Source of the DNA: Synergistales bacterium
GTDB taxonomy: Bacteria > Synergistota > Synergistia > Synergistales > JAFGMB01
NCBI GenBank assembly: GCA_963666205.1
Contig: OY762654.1
Span: 832,001 to 896,000, forward strand
Length of the DNA stretch: 64,000 bases
Direction of reading: 5' to 3'
The position numbers and the translations under genes are program-made. Positions 41,246 to 50,786 of this stretch are shown one piece after another. Every line of letters begins with the position of its first letter. The first letter of the stretch is position 1. The notes under the pieces were generated by a model. The model saw only the letters and a program-made list of their open reading frames with translations, ran no database searches and was not told the DNA's origin.

Positions 41246-42610
41246 CTACTTTACCCCCAGAATATCAACAGCCCTGGGTAATATCTTCGAGTTGGAGAAT
41301 ATTATTACCTTGTCTCCTCCCTGGATAACCGTTTCACCGTATGGAACGATAAGCTCATTATTCCGGGAAATAAGAGCCAGAAGAGCTCCCCTGGGCAGAC
41401 CTATATCCATGATCCGCTTTCCTACTACGACGCTATCCCCTGGTATGGCAACTTCAACCATTTCTGCCCCTATCTTATCAATGATAGAAAGGGAGGCAGC
41501 CCCAGAGGGGTAACGGATGTATCTCATAATGATGGAGGCAAGAGCCTCATTGGGATTAACAAGAGCATCTACTGTGATGTAATCGTCAAGGCGATTGTAG
41601 ATATCCCTTCTCACGACAGCAATGCTTTTCCTGGCACCCAGAGCCTTGCCTATCACTCCCATAAGTATATTTGCCTCGTCACTTGTTGTAGTAGTTACGA
41701 AACCATCTGCATCTTCGATTCCCTCGTACTTGAGAAGTTCGTCATCTGCGCCATCGCCTACAAGAACAATAGTGCGTTCAAGTTCCCCGGAAAGTCTTTC
41801 ACATTTTTCCCTGTCACGATCTATGAGTTTGATCTCAAGATTCCTGAACCTGTCTTCCAGGATTTTAGCCAGACGGGTTCCGATCTTGCCACCTCCGACA
41901 ATTATGACCCTTTTAAGGCTCCGGCTCTTTCGGCATTGAAAGAGTTCCTCCAACTGCCAGACCTGTTCCCGGAAAGAAACCACATAGATAAGATCTCCCT
42001 CCTCCAGGATCGTTTCGCCGGAAGGGACAAAACCATCGCTGTTCCTCTCGATAAATACCATTATGCTCTTCAGTCCTGGATACTTCTCTCTCAATTGATG
42101 AAGAGGTATAGCCTTCAATGGGGATTCAGGAGCCACCCTGAATGCATATATACCGGCCTTGCCTCCAAAGATCTCTGAGGTATGGACCGCGGAATGTACC
42201 TGAAGAAGTTCTTCTATCTGTTTGGCAACGGACCTTTCCGGAGTGGACATTACATCGATACCAAACTCTTTTGCCCAGGTATCACTGTCAGTGAATTCCA
42301 TGCCCCTGGCCCTGGAAATGACCCTTGAGACACCAGATCTCTTGGCGATCCAGCAGGCCATTATATTGACCTCGTCCCTGTTGGAACAGGCTACCAGAAT
42401 ATCAGTATTGCATCCAGGGTATACCCCTGCTTTTTCAAGTACAGAAGGTCTGGATCCATTACCCCTGACTACACTGACATCCAGTTCTCCTTCTGTCTTG
42501 GAAGCCCTTTCGTCATCCTGTTCAACAACTGTAACATCATGTCCTTCTGAAGAAAGATCCCTGGAGACGTTATATCCTACCTCTCCAGCACCAACAACAA
42601 CTATCTTCAA
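41246..42610 (-). CDS. trkA: Trk potassium uptake NAD-binding subunit
   Basis: Two RCK-N (GAGEVG, GGGKIG) and RCK-C pairs. Confidence 0.95.
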   Translation of the reverse strand: MKIVVVGAGEVGYNVSRDLSSEGHDVTVVEQDDERASKTEGELDVSVVRGNGSRPSVLEKAGVYPGCNTDILVACSNRDEVNIMACWIAKRSGVSRVISRARGMEFTDSDTWAKEFGIDVMSTPERSVAKQIEELLQVHSAVHTSEIFGGKAGIYAFRVAPESPLKAIPLHQLREKYPGLKSIMVFIERNSDGFVPSGETILEEGDLIYVVSFREQVWQLEELFQCRKSRSLKRVIIVGGGKIGTRLAKILEDRFRNLEIKLIDRDREKCERLSGELERTIVLVGDGADDELLKYEGIEDADGFVTTTTSDEANILMGVIGKALGARKSIAVVRRDIYNRLDDYITVDALVNPNEALASIIMRYIRYPSGAASLSIIDKIGAEMVEVAIPGDSVVVGKRIMDIGLPRGALLALISRNNELIVPYGETVIQGGDKVIIFSNSKILPRAVDILGVK

Positions 42611-42866
42611 GGCTCACACTCCCATCCCCACATATTGAGGCATCATAGATACAAGATGTCTCAATTTATTAACAAGGCGTTATTATATTTTTTATTCATT
42701 CTCTGACTAATCGCAAGTAAATGCAAGAAAGCGGAAAACCATGGACATATTACCAGATTTTTGAACTATTCCGAAAAACATTCCAAAAAAGTTTTTTTAC
42801 TTGACATTTTTGGAACATGTAATAGCATGGGCTGGAAATTTAGACCGTTTACCGGGAGGAATAAAA

Positions 42867-43361
42867 ATGGAAAAAACCATGAAAAATCTCGCGGCAGCTT
42901 TCGCTGGAGAATCTCAGGCAAACAGAAAATATCTGGCCTTTGCCAGGAAAGCAGATGCGGAAGGTTACCCCCAGGTAGCAAAACTCTTCAGAGCTGTAGC
43001 TGAAGCTGAAACCATTCATGCCCATTCCCACTTAAAGGAAATGGGCGGGATAGGCTCCACCGCAGAGAACCTGAAGGAAGCCCATGATGGAGAAGTCTAC
43101 GAATTCTCCACCATGTACCCGGAATTTATTAAAGAAGCAGAGGAAGAGGGTGCCAAGGCCCCTTTGCGCTCTTTTAACTTCGCAAACGAGGCTGAAAAAG
43201 CCCACGCGGAGCTTTACAGGAAAGCACTCGAAAGTCTTGAAAAGGGAGAAGAGGTAGAATACCATCTCTGTCCGATATGCGGCTTCGTAGTGGCACAGGA
43301 AGTCCCTGATGTCTGCCCTGTCTGCGGAGCAAAGGGCTCAGTTTTCAGGCACATAAACTGA
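42867..43361 (+). CDS. rbr: Rubrerythrin
   Basis: AFAGESQA, AETIHA, GEVYE...MYP, EKAH, C-terminal CPICG...CPVCG; upstream TTGACA-N16-TAGCAT. Confidence 0.93.
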   Translation: MEKTMKNLAAAFAGESQANRKYLAFARKADAEGYPQVAKLFRAVAEAETIHAHSHLKEMGGIGSTAENLKEAHDGEVYEFSTMYPEFIKEAEEEGAKAPLRSFNFANEAEKAHAELYRKALESLEKGEEVEYHLCPICGFVVAQEVPDVCPVCGAKGSVFRHIN

Positions 43362-43377
43362 GCAGTATCTTTACAGT

Positions 43378-43425
43378 ATAGACAAGAGAAGGAATCGGAC
43401 ATGTTCGATTCCTTCTCTTGTCTAT
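43378..43425. terminator. Hairpin with 20-bp arms between convergent genes
   Basis: atagacaagagaaggaatcg-N8-cgattccttctcttgtctat. Confidence 0.7.
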
Positions 43426-43429
43426 CATT

Positions 43430-44041
43430 TCACTGAACCCACTGCCGGGAGATCTTCTGCGTAAATCTAGAACAGAAACTTTCCAGGGATAAATTATTTT
43501 CCCTTGCTCTCTCCAGTTCCCAACGCCAGACAACAGATCTGAAAAAATCTCTTTCTCTTGCTAAAAAGCCTCTTTTCCTCTGTCTCACAGAAACCCTGAA
43601 ATAATGCAAAAAGAATCTTTTCGGATCCTCTATAATGTCAGTAGGAAGTGGCCCGCTGTACCTGCTTCCTGTGGCTTCGGAAAAGGCTTCTGTATCAGCC
43701 ATTAGCCAGGCCTCGATCTTTCTTTGCACTGGAACTGCCATTGCTGGGGGAAAGGAGAATGCGGCTTCCTCCAGCTTTTTAAAGTCTCCTTTTTTCAGAT
43801 CCGCCTCATCGAAGAAAAGAAGAACAGGACCCTGGAGATGGTATTGCCGGACAAGCCCTGCACTTTTCCTGACCAGACTATCGATGCCGGTCTGCACCTT
43901 AATCCGGATTTTAAGACCATACGAGTCGAAAAAAGGTTTCATTCTCTGAAGAAGAAGCCCGTCATGAGGTCCTTCACATATGCAGGTTACATAGTTACAG
44001 GTACCCTTCTCTCCCATGGCCTCCTCCGGAGAAATCTTCAA
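43430..44041 (-). CDS. DUF4276-like (TOPRIM/RloB-like) protein
   Basis: ICEGPHD, FFDEAD, IEAWLMAD, IEDPK, NLSL..F pattern; start may be 44017. Confidence 0.55.
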   Translation of the reverse strand: MKISPEEAMGEKGTCNYVTCICEGPHDGLLLQRMKPFFDSYGLKIRIKVQTGIDSLVRKSAGLVRQYHLQGPVLLFFDEADLKKGDFKKLEEAAFSFPPAMAVPVQRKIEAWLMADTEAFSEATGSRYSGPLPTDIIEDPKRFFLHYFRVSVRQRKRGFLARERDFFRSVVWRWELERARENNLSLESFCSRFTQKISRQWVQ

Positions 44042-44049
44042 CTCCCGGA

Positions 44050-45261
44050 TCAGGCCTTTTCCCCAGCCAGATAATTCGCAGCCACTCCTGCGATCAGTGC
44101 CACTCCATCAGCCAGGACATCTTCGTCGACCTGAAATTTCGGATGATGGTGAGGAGCCGTTATTCCCTTACTCTTGGCTCCTATTCCGAGGAAGAAAAAA
44201 CTCCCGGGAATCTTCTCAAGATAAAAACTGAAATCTTCCGCACCCATTGTAGGTGCTATCTCAATCACCCTGTCCTCGCCAAACATCCTCTTTGCGGCCG
44301 CTGATGCATGATCAGTAAAATCGGGATCGTTAACAGTGGGAGGGAGATTGTTGTGATAATCAAATTCAGCCTCACATCTCATAGCATTTGAAACATTCTC
44401 TACTATACGTTTCATTCTCCCTGGCAGCTCTTTTCTGAGTTCAGGGTTGAATGTCCTTGTAGTTCCAAGGAGATAAACGCTGTCCGGAATGATATTGAAG
44501 GCACTTCCTGCTTCCATTTTCCCCACAGAAACAACTATGCTTTCCAGTGGATCAGTTTCCCTGCTGACTATGCTCTGGATCATTGTTATCAGGTGACCTG
44601 CCGCGAGAGTGGGATCGATTGCCATATGGGGGACTGCTCCATGGCCGCCCTTTCCCTGAAGACGTACCTCCCACCTGTCTGCAGAGGCCATGAGAGGACC
44701 CTTGCGATAACCTATTTTACCGCTTGGGACATCCATCCAGACATGAAGACCTGTAATCGCATCAACACCATCAAGAACATTTTCTCCTACCATTGCCCTG
44801 GCGCCTGGAAAGGAACCTGACTCTTCAGATGGCTGGAAAATAAGTCTTACCTTCCATGGGAAAGAATCCCTGGTTTTTATTATCAACTCTGCAACACCAA
44901 GGAGGATAGCGATATGGGCATCATGTCCACAGGCATGCATTACTCCCTCGTTCTCTGAAGCAAAGGGGAGACCCGTCGTTTCTTGTATGGGAAGAGCATC
45001 CATGTCGGCACGCAATGCTATACATCTGCCGGGTTTATCAGAATTCAGATCCGCTACTACCCCGGTCGGCCTGCCCGCCGTGCCTATTCTGACGTTTTCG
45101 TATCCTAGATCCTCAAGGATAGCGGCAATCTTCCTGCTGGTATCCACTTCTTCCATTGAAAGCTCAGGATGGCTGTGAAAGTAACGCCTGTGACTCTTTA
45201 CCCTTTCATGAAGTTCTCCTGAAATTTTTCTGATCTCTTGAAATATCTCGCCATTATGCAT
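44050..45261 (-). CDS. M20D amidohydrolase
   Basis: HPELS, RADMDALP, MHACGHD, FQPSEE, GKGGHG, EDFS, HHPKF. Confidence 0.92.
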   Translation of the reverse strand: MHNGEIFQEIRKISGELHERVKSHRRYFHSHPELSMEEVDTSRKIAAILEDLGYENVRIGTAGRPTGVVADLNSDKPGRCIALRADMDALPIQETTGLPFASENEGVMHACGHDAHIAILLGVAELIIKTRDSFPWKVRLIFQPSEESGSFPGARAMVGENVLDGVDAITGLHVWMDVPSGKIGYRKGPLMASADRWEVRLQGKGGHGAVPHMAIDPTLAAGHLITMIQSIVSRETDPLESIVVSVGKMEAGSAFNIIPDSVYLLGTTRTFNPELRKELPGRMKRIVENVSNAMRCEAEFDYHNNLPPTVNDPDFTDHASAAAKRMFGEDRVIEIAPTMGAEDFSFYLEKIPGSFFFLGIGAKSKGITAPHHHPKFQVDEDVLADGVALIAGVAANYLAGEKA

Positions 45262-45406
45262 GCATCGTAACTCCCTTCAATGAAAAATCCTTTTGAATTC
45301 TTTTTATATTGAAAACCGGTAACCATATTCCTCCTTCTTCAGAAAGCCCCGATATCTGAAAAAGAAAAATAAAACTCCCCCCTTAGGAAAAAGGAAGGGG
45401 AAATAT

Positions 45407-45901
45407 TTATTTCAAACATTTTATGGAAAATTCTTTAAGTATTTCCTTGAGCGCTGGCCCACCTTTTTTGATCATACCGTCGGTCAGACTCAATACGGAA
45501 CGGGGGGGCTTGCCACAAAGCCTTTCCATTTCAGAAAAAGCGCGCTTATCTCCACTTCCTCCCATGGTACAGAAAAAAGCGACCTTCCGAGCCTTTCTAC
45601 CATGATCAGAGCAATAGGTTCTTATTGCCGGGCTGACTGTCCATGCCCATACGGGACCTCCAATTATTACCATATCAAAATTGCCTGCATCATTCATTGG
45701 GGGGGTAATATCAGTCAGCTTCTTCATGGCGGCATCTCTGCCGCCGATGGCGTATCCGCCAACTCCAGCCCTGTTCTTAAGGTCGACAATGGATTCGATC
45801 TGTGTGAAAACACCAGGTAACTCTTCAGATATCTCCTTCAACAGGGATGCTATTCTTTTACTGTTTCCCGTTCTGGAATAGTATGCAATAAGCACTTTCA
45901 T
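45407..45901 (-). CDS. Flavodoxin-like protein
   Basis: YYSRTGNS, GGPVWAW, FFCTMGG. Confidence 0.85.
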   Translation of the reverse strand: MKVLIAYYSRTGNSKRIASLLKEISEELPGVFTQIESIVDLKNRAGVGGYAIGGRDAAMKKLTDITPPMNDAGNFDMVIIGGPVWAWTVSPAIRTYCSDHGRKARKVAFFCTMGGSGDKRAFSEMERLCGKPPRSVLSLTDGMIKKGGPALKEILKEFSIKCLK

Positions 45902-45944
45902 CTGATCACACCTCCCACATTAGGTAGAGCCATGATCCCACTCC

Positions 45945-46697
45945 TCACCCGAGGGGCAACTCGCTCTGGATATCTTTAAGGCGGATCTTCCGACCAACCC
46001 CGGTTTCGATGTAACCGGGAAATTGATTCCTGAAGACTTCTTTTGACAGATCGCCACTGCAATGACATGGAGCAGGATGAGAAAGCCCCTTCTTTGCAAG
46101 TGTAGATGCCAGAAGTTCTATCTCGAACCTGGAACGGGCTTCCAGATGAAGACCTCCAATTATCATCAGCAGTTTATCCGGGGAAATACATTCAACCTTT
46201 TCGAGGATACTTTTCACCCCGGGATGAGCACAACCCGTCATTACGACGAGTCCTCTATCAGTCTCTATTACCATGGCTATTTCCCTGGTCATATCTCCCG
46301 TTTCTGTAGTAACGGAAACCCCGGGCATGATCTGCAGACACGATGAAACTGGCACTAATCCTGCTCCAGAGGCTAGAATTCTCTCAAGAAATCCCCTGGC
46401 AAAGGAAGAAGGAAAGTAAACTGAAATTTCATGGTTTTGTTCCAGAAGGGCATCGATCCCACCTGTATGATCGCCATGAAAATGAGAAAGCACCACTATA
46501 TCTATATCACGAGGAGAAATGCCGAGTTTTTGCATATTGGAAAGAAGGACCTCCCCCCTTGCGCCTGTATCGAAGAGGATAGTTTCTCCTGCCCCTTCGA
46601 CGAGACAGGAAAAACCCCATCCTGCCTGAAGGTCATTCTCAGCGGTTATGTTGTCATAGAGGATAGTCAGTGATATTTCAGAGGACATTATTTTCAT
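45945..46697 (-). CDS. MBL-fold metallo-hydrolase
   Basis: WGFS, LFDTG, SHFHGDHTGG, TGCAHPG, GGLH, PCHCSG; start 46697. Confidence 0.85.
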   Translation of the reverse strand: MKIMSSEISLTILYDNITAENDLQAGWGFSCLVEGAGETILFDTGARGEVLLSNMQKLGISPRDIDIVVLSHFHGDHTGGIDALLEQNHEISVYFPSSFARGFLERILASGAGLVPVSSCLQIMPGVSVTTETGDMTREIAMVIETDRGLVVMTGCAHPGVKSILEKVECISPDKLLMIIGGLHLEARSRFEIELLASTLAKKGLSHPAPCHCSGDLSKEVFRNQFPGYIETGVGRKIRLKDIQSELPLG

Positions 46698-47406
46698 TTT
46701 TCGTACACTCCTGCTCTTCATAAATGAGTTGACCTGTCCTTCTTTAAAGGAGAAATGCGGAAAATAATAATGTGAATTATCGCGATCTGTGGTCAAGCCA
46801 AGAGGTAGAAATGCATCTGGCAGAGGGATATTTGCCAGATGTGGGAATCCCCATAAGATATCTGTCCAGATCATCCGTTCCTCATTGACCGGTAATTATA
46901 ATCACCGATCTTTTTCTTATCAGTTCTTGTATTATACTCATATTTCCCTGAATGCTAAACCAGGAGTATTCTCTTCAAAGATAAACAGTGACTGTGAAAT
47001 TCTGTTACTTTCAATATTTTTCCAGGTGGCATATGATATGGCATGATAGTTTGTCAACTGGTCAGTTTCATGAATTAAGACATGATCTATCGAACCTTTA
47101 TAAATTCAGGATCCCAGAAACAGATTTGACCATACCGTGATCCCTTTATAACCCCATCGATCCACTGACCCCCCTGGCGCCTTCATAGGTCCTCTAAGAT
47201 ACGGCTTCCGGTAAGAATCTATACATAAACCATCAGGAAATAACAATGTATTTCCAGTCAAGAAAATACAAATTCCTTGAGCATTATCTCCTGAAAGTCA
47301 CTTTTCCATAGGTGCCTGTAAGGAATATCCTTGCACTAATCCTGCAGTAAGGAGTAAATTACCAATGTCTTGCCATAATCTTATAACATCAGAAAGGAGG
47401 GTTTAC

Positions 47407-47733
47407 ATGTTCTACAGAAGAGAAGACCAAAAACCGAGAATTGATCAGGATGGGTTCAGACAGACCGTTCTTGCGCGGGGTGGGAGTATGATGTTGACCG
47501 AAGGAGAGTTCAGAAAAGGAGGACTGGCACCTATCCATAGCCACCCCCACGAACAGATAGCCTATGTGTCAAGGGGGTCATTCCGTTTCAGGATAGGCGA
47601 AGAAGTAAGGGAGATCCATGAAGGAGACAGCCTGTTCGTTCCTGCCAACGTAAAACATGATTGTGAAGCACTGGAAGACGGATCCGTAATAATTGATATC
47701 TTCAGCCCGCAGAGGGAAGATTTCCTCATTTAA
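47407..47733 (+). CDS. Cupin-domain protein
   Basis: HSHPHEQ, GDSLFVPANVKH, DIFSPQREDF. Confidence 0.88.
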   Translation: MFYRREDQKPRIDQDGFRQTVLARGGSMMLTEGEFRKGGLAPIHSHPHEQIAYVSRGSFRFRIGEEVREIHEGDSLFVPANVKHDCEALEDGSVIIDIFSPQREDFLI

Positions 47734-47887
47734 ACAGGACACTAACTCTCAGGATAACCTTTCCCCAGGAGGACAAGAGATACCCTTTCAGATATCTCTC
47801 GTCCTCCTGTTTTTTCCTCTTTAACTCGATGTTTAGAAGCTGCTCATTACTGAATATATTTCAACTAATAAAAATATTTTTTACCTA

Positions 47888-47915
47888 TTGCATTTCTCCC
47901 GGAAAGGACTATAAT
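47888..47915 (+). promoter_or_regulatory. Promoter of the ATP-grasp operon, giving a ~210-nt leader
   Basis: TTGCAT-N16-TATAAT. Confidence 0.6.
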
Positions 47916-47954
47916 TCGCTCAAAATCAGTTAACGGATTGAAACCAAATTTTCT

Positions 47955-48092
47955 ATGGAAAGACACCATAAAATGGTGAAGAAAAGAAGGTTCAGTCATA
48001 TTATGTCAAGCCCAGATCCTCGTTTTCCTCCCGGAAAAAAGGGTGGGTTTTTTTTATGGGCTCAAGTGCTGGTTAGATCATCAGAGATCTGA
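47955..48092 (+). CDS. Putative 45-aa leader/attenuator peptide
   Basis: MERHHKMVKKRRFSHIMSSPDPRFPPGKKGGFFLWAQVLVRSSEI*; overlaps the leader terminator; no clear SD. Confidence 0.45.
   Translation: MERHHKMVKKRRFSHIMSSPDPRFPPGKKGGFFLWAQVLVRSSEI
48008..48055 (+). terminator. Intrinsic terminator within the 5' leader (attenuator)
   Basis: AAGCCCA..TTTTCC-tccc-GGAAAA..TGGG followed by T8, upstream of the first CDS. Confidence 0.6.
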
Positions 48093-48134
48093 TGTGAGAC
48101 AGTAAATATTTCCTCAAAAAGGAGAGGACAGAAA

Positions 48135-49190
48135 ATGTGGGAAACAAAAGAGGGAAAAGAAGAGGTTCCGCTAAGGGTAAGTAAAGTAGGAATAGCATAT
48201 AATCTCCGCCGACAGGCTGAGGTGGGTCAACCTGATGACCTTTATGAGGAGTATGACTGCATGGATACAGTACGCTCCATATCAGGTGAAATAGAACGCT
48301 ACGGTTTCGAAACATGCATGCTGGAACAGGATGAAAACTTTCTGGAAAAGATTTTCCAGAACAAGCCCGGTTTCGTCTTCAATATAGCTGAAGGAGTAGG
48401 TGGAACAAGGGGAAGGGAAGCCCAGATCCCTTCTATCCTGGAAAGCATTGGAATACCCTACTCCGGATCTGATGGAGTTTCACTTTCAATAACCCTGGAC
48501 AAGTATCTGACCCACAAGATCCTCTCTTCCTCCAACATCAGGGTTCCCGCTTTTTACCACTTTGCCGCAGAAGAAGATTTTGAGAATTCGGAAGAGATCT
48601 TTGACTATCATGAATTATGCATTGTCAAACCTCGATGGGAAGGCTCCTCCAAGGGAGTGTTCAAAGATTCCATAGCTCAAACACATGAAGAAATGAAGGA
48701 TAAAGTCAGAAGAATATGGAAGATGTACAAAGAACCGGCCATTGTGGAAGAATATCTGCCCGGAGATGAGATTACCGTCGGAATAATGGGTAACGGGACC
48801 CAGAAGGTCCTCGGAATGATGCGGATAGTTCCTTTACACAAGGAAGAAGGTCACTTTCTATATTCACTTCAACATAAACGGGAATGGGAGGAACTGATAA
48901 AGTACCAGGGACCCGAAACAATTCCCGACCATGTCCGAAAGGCTCTTTCAGATGCAGCTAAAAAGACTTTCAAGGTTATGGATCTCAGGGATGTAGCCCG
49001 TATAGATTTCCGGCTGGACACTAACGGTATCCCGAGAGTAATAGACGTCAATCCCCTGCCAGGTCTTTCTCCCAGGTATAGCGACCTGATAATTCTCCAC
49101 AGGCTTAGCGGTGGAGAATACAAGGAAATAATCAGGGGGATCCTCAAGGAATCCTTTCACAGAAACAACCTGGAATGGTCGTGGAATTGA
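48135..49190 (+). CDS. D-Ala-D-Ala ligase-like ATP-grasp protein 1
   Basis: FNIAEG, PYSGS, LDK, KPRWEGSSKG, EEYLPG, RIDFR, DVNPLPGL. Confidence 0.85.
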   Translation: MWETKEGKEEVPLRVSKVGIAYNLRRQAEVGQPDDLYEEYDCMDTVRSISGEIERYGFETCMLEQDENFLEKIFQNKPGFVFNIAEGVGGTRGREAQIPSILESIGIPYSGSDGVSLSITLDKYLTHKILSSSNIRVPAFYHFAAEEDFENSEEIFDYHELCIVKPRWEGSSKGVFKDSIAQTHEEMKDKVRRIWKMYKEPAIVEEYLPGDEITVGIMGNGTQKVLGMMRIVPLHKEEGHFLYSLQHKREWEELIKYQGPETIPDHVRKALSDAAKKTFKVMDLRDVARIDFRLDTNGIPRVIDVNPLPGLSPRYSDLIILHRLSGGEYKEIIRGILKESFHRNNLEWSWN

Positions 49191-50275
49191 TGAAAGGAAA
49201 CCCTGGCATGAAAGGTCCCCTTCTCGTAATAGCCAGTGAAGAGGAAACCGAAAGGGAGGACATGCTCGATATCCTGCGATGCCGGAACGCAGTTATGGAA
49301 GGACTTTCATCTGCTGGATATGACGTTACGGGGCTGAACATTACACCTGCCGATTTTCAGGACCTGCCGTCCATGATCAGAAGGATCAGGGGGATCAGAC
49401 CATCCTGCATATTCAACCTTTTTGAAGGGTTCAGCGGTAAGCCAGTCCTGGAAAGGGAATTCTGCAGAATACTGGAAAACCTGGATATCCCCTTCACCGG
49501 CAATACTTCGGCGACCCTTGGTAAGTGCCTTAACAAGGATGAAACAAAGAAGCATCTTAAAAAGGCAGGAATAACTGTTCCTGGTGGATACATCGTAAGA
49601 AGTCATCTACAGGTCGTCCCCTCAAGGATTCGTTATCCCCTCTTCATCAAACCCTGCTGTGAAGATGGGAGTGTCGGGATAGATCATCGATCAATAATAG
49701 TGGGACCAGAAGACCTGGCCGCAAGACTTGAGGAAAAACTTTTGCGGCATCCCTCTGGAATCGTTGTGGAAGAATTCATCCCCGGAAGGGAATTTAACGT
49801 TGCATTCCTTGGAAATGGGCCCTATGAGATGCAATCAGTGTCGGTTTTGGATTATGCCAGGTATGAAGGCGTTCAACCCTTTCTGGGATACGATTCCAAG
49901 TGGGACCCCGCTTCTCCCGATTACAGTATGACCTTTACCGAGTTGGACGAAGGGAAAGACAGGGAACTGAAAACCAGTATAGGTCGGATAGCTTCAAAAG
50001 CTGGCCATGTACTGGGATGCAGAAGCTACTTCAGGGTTGACCTGCGTGAACGGGATGGGGAAATGTACGTTCTGGATGTAAACCCGAACCCTGACATTAA
50101 TCTGGACAGCGGCTTCGTCAGGCAGAGTCGCACCCGGGGTTACTCATACCCGCAACTTCTTGAGCATATAATCAATCTAGCACTGGAAGAAAAAATGGAG
50201 AAGAACAATTATGAAATACAGCGTACAGGATTATATAAAGATAGCAGAATCGACAAAAGCCTTTACCTCTCCTGA
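49190..50275 (+). CDS. D-Ala-D-Ala ligase-like ATP-grasp protein 2
   Basis: FNLFEG, PFTG, KPCCEDGSVG, EEFIPGRE, RVDLR, DVNPNPD; TGATG coupling to the upstream gene. Confidence 0.85.
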   Translation: MKGNPGMKGPLLVIASEEETEREDMLDILRCRNAVMEGLSSAGYDVTGLNITPADFQDLPSMIRRIRGIRPSCIFNLFEGFSGKPVLEREFCRILENLDIPFTGNTSATLGKCLNKDETKKHLKKAGITVPGGYIVRSHLQVVPSRIRYPLFIKPCCEDGSVGIDHRSIIVGPEDLAARLEEKLLRHPSGIVVEEFIPGREFNVAFLGNGPYEMQSVSVLDYARYEGVQPFLGYDSKWDPASPDYSMTFTELDEGKDRELKTSIGRIASKAGHVLGCRSYFRVDLRERDGEMYVLDVNPNPDINLDSGFVRQSRTRGYSYPQLLEHIINLALEEKMEKNNYEIQRTGLYKDSRIDKSLYLS

Positions 50276-50675
50276 GATAAAAACTCTGCGGGAAGTCCTG
50301 GAAGAATGGGAAGCAAACCCCGGAAAGGACTACCTTCTTCTTCACGAAGAAGATCAGGAAGGATTGATGGGCTTTCTGATATACGGATCTACGCCTATGA
50401 CTGAAAGCGGTTTCGACCTTTACTGGATAGCGGTAAAAAAAACAGGACAGAGGAAAGGTATGGGCAGGAAGCTTGTCCTGGAAATGGAAAACCGTATTCT
50501 CGAAGAAAAGGGACGAGGTGTTATAAGGATCGAGACTTCCGGTAGGGAACAGTATAAGGGGCAGCGACAATTCTACCTTTCACTGGGATACTCCGAATGT
50601 GGACGTATCAGGAATTTCTACCATCAGGGTGACGATCTCGTAACATTTTCAAAATCCATCCAGGGAATGAATTAA
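50211..50675 (+). CDS. GNAT N-acetyltransferase
   Basis: DLYWIAV..QRKGMGRKL, IETS, FYLSLGY. Confidence 0.88.
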   Translation: MKYSVQDYIKIAESTKAFTSPEIKTLREVLEEWEANPGKDYLLLHEEDQEGLMGFLIYGSTPMTESGFDLYWIAVKKTGQRKGMGRKLVLEMENRILEEKGRGVIRIETSGREQYKGQRQFYLSLGYSECGRIRNFYHQGDDLVTFSKSIQGMN

Positions 50676-50786
50676 GGAGGGGAATCGAATCTCCTTCTTT
50701 GATCATTTCTCTGTAACTTGCAGGATTACATTCATTACAGGAAAAGGATGTAAGAAAAGGTTCCTTAACAATATGGAGGAAATTCG

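Noticed and set aside
47050-47300. Possible small minus-strand ORF between the MBL and cupin genes
   Set aside because: Short, weak start context and no recognisable motif
48135-50275. Housekeeping ddl or van-type resistance ligases
   Set aside because: They lack the N-terminal D-Ala-binding motif and have no cell-wall or van neighbours
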